Positions 14,073 through 24,995 of a stretch of DNA of 32,000 nt are shown here, piece after piece. The DNA lies in NCBI RefSeq assembly GCF_004102945.1, contig NZ_CP019384.1, forward strand, positions 1,440,001-1,472,000, written 5' to 3'. A model generated the notes under the pieces. That model was not told the origin of the DNA, made no database searches, and worked only from the letters and a program-made list of their open reading frames with translations. The translations under genes were made by a program, and so were the position numbers. Every line of letters begins with the position of its first letter. Within the stretch, counting starts at the first letter, position 1. This DNA is from Candidatus Velamenicoccus archaeovorus. GTDB taxonomy: Bacteria > Omnitrophota > Gorgyraeia > Velamenicoccales > Velamenicoccaceae.

Positions 14073-15485
14073 TTATGGAAGATTCGTTTCGCCCATGAGG
14101 AAACGGTCGATCTCCCGGGCCGCGGCCCGGCCTTCATAAATTGCCCAGACAACAAGCGAAGCGCCGCGGCCGACATCGCCGGCGGCATAGATTCCCGGAA
14201 GGGACGTCGCATAATTCTTGTCGACGGAAACATTGCCTCTGGGACTGAGCTGGAGCCCCAAGCCCTTGACCAGGCCCTCGTGCACGGGATGCACAAAGCC
14301 CATGGCCAAGATCACAAGATCCGCCTTCAACTCGAATTCCGAACCCGGGATCTCTTTAAGCGCCCCATCGACTTTCACACACAAAATCTCCTTGATACGA
14401 CCGGCCTCCCCGATAAACTTCTTTGTCGCGACGCTCCAAAACCTCCTGGCGCCCTCTTCGTGAGAGGTGGACGTCTTGAGGATCTTCGGATAGACCGGCC
14501 ACGGCATGTCCTGGGTACGGCACTCCGGCGGTTGAGGCAAAAGCTCGAGCTGTGTCACCGACAAAGCACCCTGTCTGTTGGCCGTCCCCACGCAATCCGC
14601 GCCCGTATCGCCGCCGCCGATCACGATAACATCCTTGCCCTTGGCTGTGATCATCACATCCGCCGAGACCTTAACCCCGGCATTGATTCTGTTCATCTGG
14701 GCCAGATAATCCATGGCTTGATGGATACCGGTCAGCTCCCGGCCCTCTGCCGTCAAATCCCTGGCCTGCCGCGCCCCCAGGGCCAGGCATGCGGCATCAA
14801 AATCTTTCGACAACCGGCTGGCCGGCAAATCCCTCCCCACGCAGACACCGGTTTTGATTTTTAATCCTTCGGCCGCCATCTGCCCGAGCCTTCGGTCGAT
14901 GACCGATTTTTCCAGTTTAAAGTCAGGAATGCCATAACGCAGGATGCCTCCGCATTTTTCGTCGGCCTCAAAGAGCGTCACCTCGTGCCCTGCGCGCGTC
15001 AACTGCTGGGCACAGGCCATGCCCGCCGGACCCGACCCGACCACGGCCACACGCCTGCCAGTCTCATGCTTCGGGATGAAAGGCCTGATGGCGCCCGTCT
15101 CAAACCCCCACTCGACGAGAGAAATCTCATTCTGCCGGATGGTCACGGGATCGTCGTTAATACCCAGCGTGCAGGCATATTCGCACAACGCCGGACAGAC
15201 GCGGCCCGTGAATTCGGGGAAGTTATTCGTAGAATGCAGGACGTCCAGGGCCTCCTTCCAGCGTCCGCGGAAGACCATATCGTTCCAATCCGGGATGACG
15301 TTGCCCATCGGACAGGCATGATGGCAGAACGGCACCCCGCAATCCATGCAACGCGATCCCTGCTCCTGGACCGCTTCCTGGGACAGCCTCTGTTCCACTT
15401 CCTTGAAATCGCGCAGCCGCTCCGCTACAGGTCTGTAGCCGGCCATCCTGCGCTTAACTTTTAAGAATCCTTTTGCATCGCCCAT
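14073..15485 (-). CDS. gltD: Glutamate synthase (NADPH) small subunit
   Basis: 470 aa. It has N-terminal Cys clusters (CMDCGVPFCHHACP), an FAD/NAD(P) fold VAVVGSGPAGMACA and a second GGGDTGADC motif. Confidence 0.93.
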   Translation of the reverse strand: MGDAKGFLKVKRRMAGYRPVAERLRDFKEVEQRLSQEAVQEQGSRCMDCGVPFCHHACPMGNVIPDWNDMVFRGRWKEALDVLHSTNNFPEFTGRVCPALCEYACTLGINDDPVTIRQNEISLVEWGFETGAIRPFIPKHETGRRVAVVGSGPAGMACAQQLTRAGHEVTLFEADEKCGGILRYGIPDFKLEKSVIDRRLGQMAAEGLKIKTGVCVGRDLPASRLSKDFDAACLALGARQARDLTAEGRELTGIHQAMDYLAQMNRINAGVKVSADVMITAKGKDVIVIGGGDTGADCVGTANRQGALSVTQLELLPQPPECRTQDMPWPVYPKILKTSTSHEEGARRFWSVATKKFIGEAGRIKEILCVKVDGALKEIPGSEFELKADLVILAMGFVHPVHEGLVKGLGLQLSPRGNVSVDKNYATSLPGIYAAGDVGRGASLVVWAIYEGRAAAREIDRFLMGETNLP

Positions 15486-15647
15486 GAAATTTTCCCTCTA
15501 CGCACTATCTTAAAATTTCACCCCGAGCTTCCCTCTTGTGTTTGCTGAAGCGAGGGGTCTTTCTTGATTGATCTTTTCCGATATATTCGCGAAAATTCGC
15601 GTTTGTATCCTTGTCTTGAATAACAGGATTTGCGGCCATTCGCGTCT

Positions 15648-18600
15648 TTATCCGTCCGAGACTTCCGCCTCCTCTGCCTTGAGACGCTCTGCTTCGACCT
15701 TCTCCATCACAAGCTTATACTCCAGCGGCATGACCCTGACGAATTTCTTAAGCTCCTGGGCCCAGTTATCGAGGATCCCGAGGGCGGCGGCGCTCTCCGT
15801 GTACTGGACATGTTTCTCGAGAAGACCCCGGATCGTCGCCACATCCTCCTTGCGGACGATAGGCTCTAAATCCACCATGCCGAGGTTGCAGTGTTTTTTG
15901 AAATCGCCGTCCTTGTCGTACACATAAGCGATGCCTCCGCTCATGCCGGCGGCAAAGTTCCGCCCTGCGCGGCCGATGACGACAACGCGGCCGCCGGTCA
16001 TATATTCGCATCCGTGGTCGCCGACACCTTCGACAACAGCATGCGCCCCGGAATTGCGGACACCGAAACGTTCGCCGGCAACGCCACGGATGAACACTTC
16101 GCCTCCCGTCGCGCCATACAAAAGCGTATTGCCCACAATAATATTCTCTTCCGGTTTAAAAGTCGCATTGCGCGGCGGCACGACCACAATCCTGGCCCCC
16201 GACAAGCCTTTGCCGAGATAATCGTTGGCGTCGCCTTCGAGATGAAAGCTCACGCCGGGGGCGCCGAACGCGCCGAAACTTTGTCCAGCCGAACCCTTGA
16301 AAAAAACCTGGATCGTATCGGCCGGAAGCCCTTTTTCGCCATAGCGCCTGGAGATCTCGCCGGAAAGCATCGCGCCTACGGTGCGGTTCGTATTCCTGAT
16401 CTCCGTCTCGATGCGGACGTGTTTCCGTTCTTCGAGCGCCGGCCGGGCGAGATCGATCAATTTCAAATCCATAGCTTTGTCCAAACCGTAATCCTGCGGC
16501 TGCACGCAACGCACCGCCCTTCCCCCATCCACCGGCGGTTTAAAAAGAATATTAGAAAAATCAACTCCCCGGGATTTCCAGTGGCGGATGGCGTCGTTGG
16601 TCTCAAGCAGGTCCACCCGGCCGATCAGATCATCCATCTTCCTGAAACCGAGTTCGGCAAGGATCTCCCGCACTTCCTGGGCCAGAAACGTAAAATACGC
16701 GATCAGATGCTCCGGCGTCCCGCGGAAGCGGCAGCGCAAGGCCGGGTCCTGTGTGGCCACACCCACAGAACAAGTGTTCATGTGACAATGTCTCAGCATG
16801 ACACAGCCGAGCACGACCAGGGCGCACGTCGCAAAACCGAACTCCTCGGCGCCCAGCATCGCGGCCACCACGACGTCTTTTCCCGTGCGCATCTGGCCGT
16901 CGGTCTGGAGGCGCACGCGGCCGCGTAAATTATTCATGACCAGGACCTGGTGCGTCTCCGATAATCCCAATTCCCAAGGAAGCCCTGCATGCTTGATAGA
17001 CGACAAGGGAGAAGCGCCGGTGCCGCCGTCATAACCGGAGATCAGGATCATCTCGGCGTGCCCCTTGGCCACGCCGGCAGCGATCGTTCCTACACCGACC
17101 TCGGAGACGAGCTTGACGCTGATACGCGCACGCGGATTGGCGTTTTTCAAATCAAAAATAAGCTGTGCCAGGTCTTCGATCGAATAGATATCGTGATGCG
17201 GAGGCGGTGAAATGAGCGTCACGCCCGGCGTCGAATGACGGATCTTGGCGACGATCACGTCCACCTTATGGCCAGGCAGCTGGCCCCCTTCACCGGGCTT
17301 GGCCCCTTGCGCCATTTTGATCTGAAGCTCATCGGCATTCAACAGATAATGGTTCGTCACGCCGAAACGTCCGGAAGCAACCTGTTTGACCCGGCTGCGC
17401 CGGGAATCCCCGTTCGACAGCGGCACGTAACGTTCCGGGTCTTCCCCGCCCTCGCCGGAGTTGGACATCGCCCCCAGCCTGTTCATGGCGATGGCCATGG
17501 CCTCGTGCGCCTCTTTGGAGATGGAACCGAACGACATGGCGCCCGTCGCAAAACGCTTGACGATGGCGCTGACCGGCTCGACCTCATCCAGAGGGACGGG
17601 CGTCCCGGACTTCCTGAATTTCAAAAGACTGCGCAGAGTCGTCAGGTGGCCTGCCTGATCATTGATCATCCCCGTAAACTCCTTGAATTTTTTGTAATCC
17701 CTGTTACGCACGGCTTGCTGAAGCGCGGAAATCGTATCCGGATTCCAGAGATGATACTCTCCATCCTTGCGATACTGATACCATCCGCCGGCAGGCAAAA
17801 GGGGCGGTTGGGTCTCGCGCTTGGGATATGCCCGCTGGTGCACCAAAAGCACTTCTTTCTGCAGGATCTCTAAGTCGACACCGCCGATGCGCGACACCGT
17901 TCCGGTGAAAAATTTATCGATGACCGAATGGGACAAACCGAGGGCTTCAAAGATCTGCGCGCCGCAATAACTTTGCAAGGTCGAAATGCCCATCTTGGAA
18001 AATATCTTCAACAGCCCCTTATCGACAGCCTTGACGTAATGCTTGAGGACCTCCCCGTCTTCTAAACCGATCAGCGCCGACTCCCCCTGACGCTTGCAGT
18101 CCAAAAGGACCTCATACGCCAGATAGGGATTGACGGCATTGGCGCCGTATCCCAACAGGAGCGCAAAATGCATGATTTCCCGCGCATCTGCCGTCTCGAC
18201 GATCAGGCTTGCCTGCATGCGCGTCGTCTGGCGGACCAGGTGATGATGGACGGCCGCGACGGCCAACAGCGACGGAATGGCCGCCATATGCTCATTCGTC
18301 CCCTTATCGCTCAAGATGATCAGGTTCACGCCCTCTTCGATGCACGCCGAGGCCTCCCGGCAGAGACGTTCCAACGCCCCGGCAAGAGACCCCGAGGAAA
18401 CCTCGAACAAAAGAGACAGCGTTTTGGCGCGAAAACCTTCTTTGCGGATATAGCGCAATCTTTCAAGCTCGCCGTTGCTCAACACGGGCTGATAATACTT
18501 AATGAGACTGCAGTGCTCCGGCGTCTCAGTCAACAGATTGCGCTGGCGGCCGAGGAAACCCTCCAGGCTCATGACGATCTTTTCCCGGATAGAATCGATC

Positions 18601-20195
18601 GGAGGATTGGTGACCTGGGCAAAAAGCTGTTTGAAATAGGTATAGAGCGGCTGCGGCCGGTTGGACAGGACCGCCAGCGGCATATCCGACCCCATGGACC
18701 CCGTCGGTTCCTGACCGGTCTCCGCCATAGGCACCAGAAGGACCTTTATGTCTTCTTTTGTATAGCCGAATGCCAGCTCCTGACGAAGAAGATCGTCAAC
18801 AGGCACGGCCCTGTGCTCCGGCGCCTCGGGCAGATCCGAAAGATGCACAAGGTTCTCATCGACCCATGCGCCGTAAGGACGGGCCGAGCAGACCTTCCGC
18901 TTGATCTCGTCGTCGTCGAGGATGCGGCCCTTGGCCGTATCGACCAGAAACATCTTGCCCGGCTGCAGGCGACCCTTGGAGACAATTTCATCCTGGGGGA
19001 TATCCAGGACGCCGACCTCCGACGCCATGACGACCAGATCATCGGCTGTCACCCAATAACGCGCCGGACGCAGCCCGTTTCTGTCCAAGATCGCGCCGAT
19101 GGCCGTCCCGTCGGTGAAAGCGACGGCTGCCGGACCGTCCCAGGGTTCCATCAATGCCGCATGATACTCGTAGAATTTCCTCCTGTCGCCTTCCAGGAAC
19201 TTATTGTTTTCCCATGCCTCCGGGATCAACATCATCATGACGTGTTCGAGGCTGCGGCCGCTCAAGAGCAGAAATTCAACGACATTATCCAGGGCCGCGG
19301 AATCCGAACCGCCGGGGACGATAACGGGAAAAATCTTCTTCATATCCTCGCCGAATAACTCCGACGCCAGCGATGTCCGCCGCGCCGTCATCCAATTGAT
19401 GTTGCCGCGCAAAGTGTTGATCTCGCCGTTATGGGCCAGATACCTGAACGGCTGGCTCAAATCCCACGTCGGGAACGTATTCGTCGAATAGCGGGAATGG
19501 ACAAGCGCAAGGGCCGAGACAAACCTGCCGTCATTGAGGTCGGAATAAAAATCCCTGAGCTGTCCGGACATGAGCAAGCCCTTGTAGACGATGGTGCGGG
19601 ACGAAAAACTCAGGAAGTAAAACGACTTCTTGTCGGGAAGGTCCGAATCCGCGACCGCCTTTTCCATGAGGCGGCGCGCGACATAAAGTTTTCTCTCGAA
19701 GGCAAAGTGATCTGAGACCCCTTCAGGGCGCCCGACGAACACCTGTTTCACCAACGGCTCAACCTCTCTGGCGGACCCGCCGATATGCGCGTCGTTGACA
19801 GGGACATCCCGCCACGCCAGGATCGGCAAGCCGCATTCCCTGGCGATCCTTTCAAAAACAGATACGCAAAAAAGACAGGACTCTTCTCTGCGCGGGATAA
19901 ACAGCATGGCCGCAGCATAAGAACCGCTTGCCGGCAGCATCACTTTTTTCTCTCCTAGCACCGCCTCGAAAAATGCATGAGGCATCTGGATAAGGATGCC
20001 GGCGCCGTCCCCGGTTTTCGGATCGGCCCCCTGGGCGCCGCGATGGCTGAGGTGGTCGAGGACCGTCAACCCCTGCACAACGATATCGTGGGATTTCTTG
20101 CCCTTGACATGGACGACAAAACCCACCCCGCAGCTATCGTGTTCGAAAGCCGGATCGTAAAGACCTTGTTTGTCCGGATATCCTGGTTTTTTCAT
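15648..20195 (-). CDS. gltB: Glutamate synthase large subunit
   Basis: 1515 aa. It has an N-terminal Ntn amidotransferase Cys (HDSCGVGFV), central and FMN domains, and a C-terminal GXGXG beta-helix ([29 protein letters not shown]). Confidence 0.97.
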   Translation of the reverse strand: MKKPGYPDKQGLYDPAFEHDSCGVGFVVHVKGKKSHDIVVQGLTVLDHLSHRGAQGADPKTGDGAGILIQMPHAFFEAVLGEKKVMLPASGSYAAAMLFIPRREESCLFCVSVFERIARECGLPILAWRDVPVNDAHIGGSAREVEPLVKQVFVGRPEGVSDHFAFERKLYVARRLMEKAVADSDLPDKKSFYFLSFSSRTIVYKGLLMSGQLRDFYSDLNDGRFVSALALVHSRYSTNTFPTWDLSQPFRYLAHNGEINTLRGNINWMTARRTSLASELFGEDMKKIFPVIVPGGSDSAALDNVVEFLLLSGRSLEHVMMMLIPEAWENNKFLEGDRRKFYEYHAALMEPWDGPAAVAFTDGTAIGAILDRNGLRPARYWVTADDLVVMASEVGVLDIPQDEIVSKGRLQPGKMFLVDTAKGRILDDDEIKRKVCSARPYGAWVDENLVHLSDLPEAPEHRAVPVDDLLRQELAFGYTKEDIKVLLVPMAETGQEPTGSMGSDMPLAVLSNRPQPLYTYFKQLFAQVTNPPIDSIREKIVMSLEGFLGRQRNLLTETPEHCSLIKYYQPVLSNGELERLRYIRKEGFRAKTLSLLFEVSSGSLAGALERLCREASACIEEGVNLIILSDKGTNEHMAAIPSLLAVAAVHHHLVRQTTRMQASLIVETADAREIMHFALLLGYGANAVNPYLAYEVLLDCKRQGESALIGLEDGEVLKHYVKAVDKGLLKIFSKMGISTLQSYCGAQIFEALGLSHSVIDKFFTGTVSRIGGVDLEILQKEVLLVHQRAYPKRETQPPLLPAGGWYQYRKDGEYHLWNPDTISALQQAVRNRDYKKFKEFTGMINDQAGHLTTLRSLLKFRKSGTPVPLDEVEPVSAIVKRFATGAMSFGSISKEAHEAMAIAMNRLGAMSNSGEGGEDPERYVPLSNGDSRRSRVKQVASGRFGVTNHYLLNADELQIKMAQGAKPGEGGQLPGHKVDVIVAKIRHSTPGVTLISPPPHHDIYSIEDLAQLIFDLKNANPRARISVKLVSEVGVGTIAAGVAKGHAEMILISGYDGGTGASPLSSIKHAGLPWELGLSETHQVLVMNNLRGRVRLQTDGQMRTGKDVVVAAMLGAEEFGFATCALVVLGCVMLRHCHMNTCSVGVATQDPALRCRFRGTPEHLIAYFTFLAQEVREILAELGFRKMDDLIGRVDLLETNDAIRHWKSRGVDFSNILFKPPVDGGRAVRCVQPQDYGLDKAMDLKLIDLARPALEERKHVRIETEIRNTNRTVGAMLSGEISRRYGEKGLPADTIQVFFKGSAGQSFGAFGAPGVSFHLEGDANDYLGKGLSGARIVVVPPRNATFKPEENIIVGNTLLYGATGGEVFIRGVAGERFGVRNSGAHAVVEGVGDHGCEYMTGGRVVVIGRAGRNFAAGMSGGIAYVYDKDGDFKKHCNLGMVDLEPIVRKEDVATIRGLLEKHVQYTESAAALGILDNWAQELKKFVRVMPLEYKLVMEKVEAERLKAEEAEVSDG

Positions 20196-20269
20196 TTGTC
20201 CTTGTACCCCAACAGCTTAGGTTTCTATCTTACTGTTCTCCATCGGCCTATCGGGCCTATATAAAACAA

Positions 20270-20300
20270 AAAGACGTCCATCACACTACTGGACGTCTTT
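20270..20300 (-). terminator. Intrinsic terminator-like hairpin (minus-strand orientation)
   Basis: AAAGACGTCCA / TGGACGTCTTT form an 11-bp perfect stem with a 9-nt loop. On the minus strand it is followed by TTGTTTTAT. It lies about 175 nt downstream of the PRTase gene and about 75 nt upstream of gltB. Confidence 0.55.
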
Positions 20301-20372
20301 ATCCCTAGGTTCTCTTTTTTGAGAGCGCTGCTTCTAACTATTTTTCACTACAAGATCAGCGCGCTATTCTTG

Positions 20373-20400
20373 CCCTCAACGATGAGGGACTTTCTTTTTT
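20373..20400 (+). terminator. Orphan intrinsic terminator-like hairpin in plus orientation
   Basis: CCCTCA-ACGA-TGAGGG is followed on the plus strand by ACTTTCTTTTTT. No plus-strand gene lies upstream. Confidence 0.4.
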
Positions 20401-20474
20401 GCTAACAAAAAATATACCACAAGCAAGCGGCCGTGTCAATATAAAGCCCGAAAAACAGTATGCCCCAAAAAAAA

Positions 20475-21101
20475 TTAAAGCCCGGCTTTTTTAAGGAATG
20501 TGGCGGCCTCTTCGTCCGAAACGTCATACCAACGGCCATAGACTTGGGCCACAGCCTTGAAAAAAGGAGGCGTCTCCAGAATAACGGCCTCATCGGCAAG
20601 GCGGGACATTTCACGGACCATCTCCCTGCCGCTGACAGGGACGGCTACGATGACCCTGGCGGCCTGCTTGTGACGGCACAGCTTGATCGAAACCCGCATG
20701 GTCGAGCCCATGGCAATGCCGTCATCGACCAGGATAACGGTCTTACCATTCAAAGAAGGCAAGGGTCTGCCTGCGCGAAAAACCTCGACCCTGCGCCTAG
20801 CCTCCGCAATCTGCTGCCGTTTGATCTTGCCGATATCCTCTTGCGTCAGCCACCTCACAGCGTCCTCAAAAATGAACGTGCTGCCGTCCTCGGCAACAGC
20901 CCCGAATCCTGCCTCGGGATTGTCGGGGTAGGGAAGCTTGCGCGCCACGACGACGGACAAAGGCAGCTCCAGTTCCTGTGCCACATAAAAACCAACCTCC
21001 ACCCCTCCCTTCGGGATAGCCAAAACAAGGGCTTTCTCGCCCCTGAATCTCTGGAGGGCAGCGGCCAGCTTCAACCCCGCGTCTTTGCGATCGGCAAACA
21101 T
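20475..21101 (-). CDS. Phosphoribosyltransferase family protein
   Basis: 208 aa with the PRTase PRPP-binding loop TVILVDDGIAMGSTM. RBS is GAAGGGA. Confidence 0.8.
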   Translation of the reverse strand: MFADRKDAGLKLAAALQRFRGEKALVLAIPKGGVEVGFYVAQELELPLSVVVARKLPYPDNPEAGFGAVAEDGSTFIFEDAVRWLTQEDIGKIKRQQIAEARRRVEVFRAGRPLPSLNGKTVILVDDGIAMGSTMRVSIKLCRHKQAARVIVAVPVSGREMVREMSRLADEAVILETPPFFKAVAQVYGRWYDVSDEEAATFLKKAGL

Positions 21102-21128
21102 CGTATCCCTTCTGACACGCCGATATGC

Positions 21129-22772
21129 CTAAAAGGAAGCATCGTCGAAAAAATGCTCTTTATTTTCGTAGATGTACTGCAGGATCTCGAGTTCGTGGCT
21201 GTCAAACCAGATGCCTTCGCAATAAACGCAGCGGTCGATCTCGACAGGATAGGAATAGACAAAGAACTGCCGCCGCATCTTGCGGCCGCATTGAGGACAA
21301 TCCAGGACCCAGGCATTGACCGGCTTCTGTTTGTAGAAACCATCGATGCGCTTATCTCTCTCTCGGATGGCCACCTCCGCCAGCCGGACGACTTCGGCAT
21401 CAAAGGTCTTGTCTCTGCGGATCAGGACGCGGGAAATCTTGCGGCTGGGGGCAAAGACCCCTTCGCAATGGGGGCACTTTTGGACCGGGACCCCTTCGTA
21501 ATACAACTCTCCGAGGGCCGTGCGGCAATGAGGACACGCAAATTCTTCTTTCGTCTTTTTTTCTGCCGGATGTGGAGAGAGCACCGGCATGAGCGCCTCA
21601 TCCTCGTAGGCGTGCGCGATCTTCCCGGAATCCTCCGGTTTCACCCATGTCTCCGGCGTCAGCAAGCCGGATTTCTGAAGCTCCTCTAAGCCGAACGGCC
21701 CCTTCCACTCCTGATCTACGAAAACCCGCCATGCAACCGGCGCTTCGCTCTTCGTCTCCGTAAACTCCGCTTTCGCCACCGGAGAAACCCACACATCTTT
21801 TTTTAAATGTTCCTCCAGGGTTTTTGCGTCCGCATGGGCCATGTCCGTCAATATCCGGATACGCTCGGCAATGGGCGGATGCGTAGAAAAAGCATCCGAG
21901 AAAAACCCCTGTTTTTCGTCGAGGCGGCTAAAATTGGGATTGACGATAAAAATGGATTCCAGCCGCTCGCCCATGGCGCCTCCTCCACGCCAGTTCGTCG
22001 ATATCAAAGAAAGCGCTTCCGCCAGGCTCAAAGGGTTGCGTGTCAGGCGTACGCTCACGGCATCAGCCCTGTATTCCTTCTGGCGGGAAATGAAATAACG
22101 CAGGAGCGTGCTCAAAAAACGCATGAAAAATATAATAAGAAGCAACACAAGGACCAAGAGGGCACCGCGCCCCCGAGACCTCTGCATGCCGGCCTTCAGC
22201 CGAGAGAACAGCTCATCGTATAATTCAGCCAGGGCGCACGTCACGGTCGTAGCCAGGCAATCGCCGCTGACGATATGGCCCGCTTCGTGGCCGACGACAG
22301 CCTCCAGCTGCGCCCTGTTGAGACGCGTCAGAAGACCTTCCGTCACGCCGATCACCGCCTGACCCTGAAAATCCTCGAGGGCAAATGCATTCAGGCTCAC
22401 CGAAGGAATGACCATGCCCGTGATGCGCCGGCCGCCGATGGCCACGCTCACCTCGTCAATGATATTCTGGAGGCCCTTGTGATAAAAATCCTTTGTATCG
22501 AGCTCCGCGGCCCCGATGGACAAAGATAATTTTTCAATCAGATGCGACGTCGACGTAGCCCAGTGCAGAAGCGCTACCAGCAAGGCGACCCCGAACGCTG
22601 CCAGGACGGATGAGCCGCTCGGCCAGAAAAAGCCCTCTCTCGACGCAAAGGCATTGCGCAGGATCACAAGCAGGAGATACGCGGTGAGGAAATAAAAAAG
22701 GATGACGAAAAAGAAAAGAAAACCCAGCAGGCGCGTCTTTTTTTCTTCGATATCGATGAATGAAAAAGGCAT
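21129..22772 (-). CDS. M48 family zinc metallopeptidase fused to GYF-like and two zinc-ribbon modules
   Basis: N-terminal TM helices are followed by the HExxH site (VVGHEAGHIVSGD) and a GYF_2-like segment (WRVFVDQEWKGPFGLEELQ). Two CxxC...CxxC ribbons follow (CPHCRT...CPHCEG; CPQCGR...CVYCEG). Confidence 0.85.
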   Translation of the reverse strand: MPFSFIDIEEKKTRLLGFLFFFVILFYFLTAYLLLVILRNAFASREGFFWPSGSSVLAAFGVALLVALLHWATSTSHLIEKLSLSIGAAELDTKDFYHKGLQNIIDEVSVAIGGRRITGMVIPSVSLNAFALEDFQGQAVIGVTEGLLTRLNRAQLEAVVGHEAGHIVSGDCLATTVTCALAELYDELFSRLKAGMQRSRGRGALLVLVLLLIIFFMRFLSTLLRYFISRQKEYRADAVSVRLTRNPLSLAEALSLISTNWRGGGAMGERLESIFIVNPNFSRLDEKQGFFSDAFSTHPPIAERIRILTDMAHADAKTLEEHLKKDVWVSPVAKAEFTETKSEAPVAWRVFVDQEWKGPFGLEELQKSGLLTPETWVKPEDSGKIAHAYEDEALMPVLSPHPAEKKTKEEFACPHCRTALGELYYEGVPVQKCPHCEGVFAPSRKISRVLIRRDKTFDAEVVRLAEVAIRERDKRIDGFYKQKPVNAWVLDCPQCGRKMRRQFFVYSYPVEIDRCVYCEGIWFDSHELEILQYIYENKEHFFDDASF

Positions 22773-22842
22773 CGTTTTAAGTTAACGCACGCGGCCCGGC
22801 GCTTGCATGATCTAAAATTTCTCAGCCGCCAACCCACGCTTA

Positions 22843-22872
22843 CCCTGTTAGAGAACGAGCTCTCTAACAGGG
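22843..22872. terminator. Conserved palindrome family member 2, downstream of lemA
   Basis: CCCTGTTAGAGA-ACGAGC-TCTCTAACAGGG, a 12-bp perfect stem, 27 nt downstream of the LemA stop. Confidence 0.55.
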
Positions 22873-22898
22873 CTTGGCCGGCAACCCGATGACTTGTC

Positions 22899-23456
22899 CT
22901 AAAGCTTGACCTTCGGCGCTTCTCTCTCCGTCTTATCTTCGATCTCGAAGAAGTCGCGCTTGGCAAACCCTGCGGCGCTTGCCACGATGTTTGTCGGAAC
23001 AACCTCGATCAGGGTGTTATACCGGCCGACCTCATCGTTATAATACTGGCGGGCAAACGAAATCTTGTTCTCCGTCGAGGTCAATTCTCCCTGAAGGGAC
23101 AGCACGTTCTGATTGGCTTTTAAGTCCGGATAGCGTTCGACGACGGCGAACAGGGAGCGCAAGGTCTGAGTCAGGAGATTCTCCGCCTGGGCCTTATCCT
23201 TGATGCCGGCGGCATCGATTGCCTGTGTCCTGGCCTTGATGACGCGTTCCAAGGTGTCTTTTTCATATGCCATATACCCCTTGACCGACTCCACGAGATT
23301 GGGGATCAGGTCATGCCGGCGCTTGAGCTGAACGTCGATTTGCGACCAGGCGTTGTCCACGCGAATCTTGAGGCGGACGAGCGAATTATAGGCGAAGAAG
23401 AACCACCCCAACAACAGAATAATGAGGGCCAACAATACCAACAGCATCACAACCAT
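22899..23456 (-). CDS. lemA: LemA family protein
   Basis: 185 aa. It has an N-terminal TM helix, then YNSLVRLKIRVDNAWSQIDVQLKRRHDLIPNLV and ERYPDLKAN motifs. RBS is AAAGGAGGAAAG. Confidence 0.9.
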   Translation of the reverse strand: MVVMLLVLLALIILLLGWFFFAYNSLVRLKIRVDNAWSQIDVQLKRRHDLIPNLVESVKGYMAYEKDTLERVIKARTQAIDAAGIKDKAQAENLLTQTLRSLFAVVERYPDLKANQNVLSLQGELTSTENKISFARQYYNDEVGRYNTLIEVVPTNIVASAAGFAKRDFFEIEDKTEREAPKVKL

Positions 23457-23478
23457 GCTTTCCTCCTTTAATGAGCAG

Positions 23479-23714
23479 ACAATTTACGCGAACGAATGCA
23501 TGGGCGAGCGTAAATTGTAGTCCCGTTCTACGGGACGTCTGCGAATTAAACCCAGCACAAATTTTACTGACATCTCCTCTTAATTCAAGGCAGCTTGCGT
23601 TTAAACACAGACCCATTATCTTAAAATTTGTGCTGGGTGAGTTCGGGCCTATAAGTTATGTTCGCCTTGTCGTTTCGTTTGCCGCAGAACGGCAAGGCTC
23701 CATAACTTATGCCC
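23479..23714. other. Cluster of four long hairpins in the glgC-lemA intergenic region
   Basis: H1 23479-23518 has an 11-bp perfect stem. H2 23520-23536 has 6 bp. H3 23550-23638 has a 17-bp perfect stem, ACCCAGCACAAATTTTA / TAAAATTTGTGCTGGGT, around 55 nt. H4 23645-23714 pairs ATAAGTTATG / CATAACTTAT around an inner GC hairpin. Confidence 0.6.
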
Positions 23715-23718
23715 TCAC

Positions 23719-24972
23719 TCAAATCACCGTCCCGTCCGGGATCGTCGCGTTCTTATACACAATGACAATGCCGTCGCGGATCATATACTGCGGAGTGGCG
23801 TGCTCCTGGACGCCGGCTTCATTGGCGATCCGGACATGGCGGCCGACACGGGCATTCTTATCCAGGATCGCATGGCGCACGACGCTGTCTTCCCCGATGC
23901 CGATCGGGATCGTCCCCCTTCTTTGCTGACGGATCTCCTCGGCAGTCTCATAGTAATCCGCGCCCATAATGATGGAATCTTCGATGACGGCGTTTTTGCC
24001 GATCCTGGAACGCAGGCCGATGATGGAATTCCTGACCGCCGCCTCGCCCACGATCGAACCGTCGGCAACGATGCTGTTCTCGATCTGCGCGGCCGCGTAT
24101 TTGGCCGGCGGCAGGGACCGCGAACGCGTATAAAGCTGCCATTCCTCATCAAACAAATCCAACGGCGCATCCTCCCGGGTCAACAGCAGGTTCTCGGTGT
24201 AGAAAGATTTGATCGTCCCGATATCCCTCCAATATCCGTCGAACTCATAGGCATAGACGGCCTTATCGGTGATCGCCTCGGGGATGATCTCTTTGCCGAA
24301 ATCGGCCTTGTTGCTGCGCGACAAAAGCTCATGCAATGCCTCTTTGTCGAAAAAATAGATCCCCATCGAACAAAGGTATTTCGGCCGGCCGCCGCGCATC
24401 ACGCGCAGATGCCTGACAAGGTCCTCCTGGGATGGCTTTTCCACAAACTCTCCGACCTTTGATGCCTCATCCGTACCCATGATCCCATAAGAAGAAATTT
24501 CTCCGGGGTCGATCAGGTTGCAGGCGACGGACACCTGCGCCTCCCTTTGGACGTGAAAATCATAGAAGGCGCGCAGGTCCATCTTATAGAGCTGGTCGCC
24601 GGAAAGGATGCAGACATACTTGATCTTGGGATTATTGAAATGCTTCAACGTCTTGCGCACGGCATCCGCCGGCCCTTCAAACCAGTCCGTCCGGTCCATG
24701 GTCTGATCGGCGGCGATGACTTCGATAAAACCATGAGAAAAAGCCTCGAACTTGTAGGTGCGCGAGATATGCTTGTTCAGTGATTCGGAATTGAACTGCG
24801 TCAGGATCTTGATCTTGTTGAGGCCTGAATTAAGACAATTGCTGATGGGGATATCGATGAGGCGGTATTTGCCGAAGAGGGGAACGGCGGGCTTGGCCCT
24901 GTCTTTGGTCAAAGGGTAGAGGCGTGTGCCCCTGCCTCCGCCGAGGATGACACACAGGACATCATTGACCAT
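23719..24972 (-). CDS. glgC: Glucose-1-phosphate adenylyltransferase
   Basis: 417 aa. It has N-terminal ILGGGRGTRLYPLTKDRAKPAVP and a C-terminal left-handed beta-helix region. RBS is GGGAGG. Confidence 0.93.
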   Translation of the reverse strand: MVNDVLCVILGGGRGTRLYPLTKDRAKPAVPLFGKYRLIDIPISNCLNSGLNKIKILTQFNSESLNKHISRTYKFEAFSHGFIEVIAADQTMDRTDWFEGPADAVRKTLKHFNNPKIKYVCILSGDQLYKMDLRAFYDFHVQREAQVSVACNLIDPGEISSYGIMGTDEASKVGEFVEKPSQEDLVRHLRVMRGGRPKYLCSMGIYFFDKEALHELLSRSNKADFGKEIIPEAITDKAVYAYEFDGYWRDIGTIKSFYTENLLLTREDAPLDLFDEEWQLYTRSRSLPPAKYAAAQIENSIVADGSIVGEAAVRNSIIGLRSRIGKNAVIEDSIIMGADYYETAEEIRQQRRGTIPIGIGEDSVVRHAILDKNARVGRHVRIANEAGVQEHATPQYMIRDGIVIVYKNATIPDGTVI

Positions 24973-24995
24973 ACTGAGCCTCCCTGCCGTCTCGG

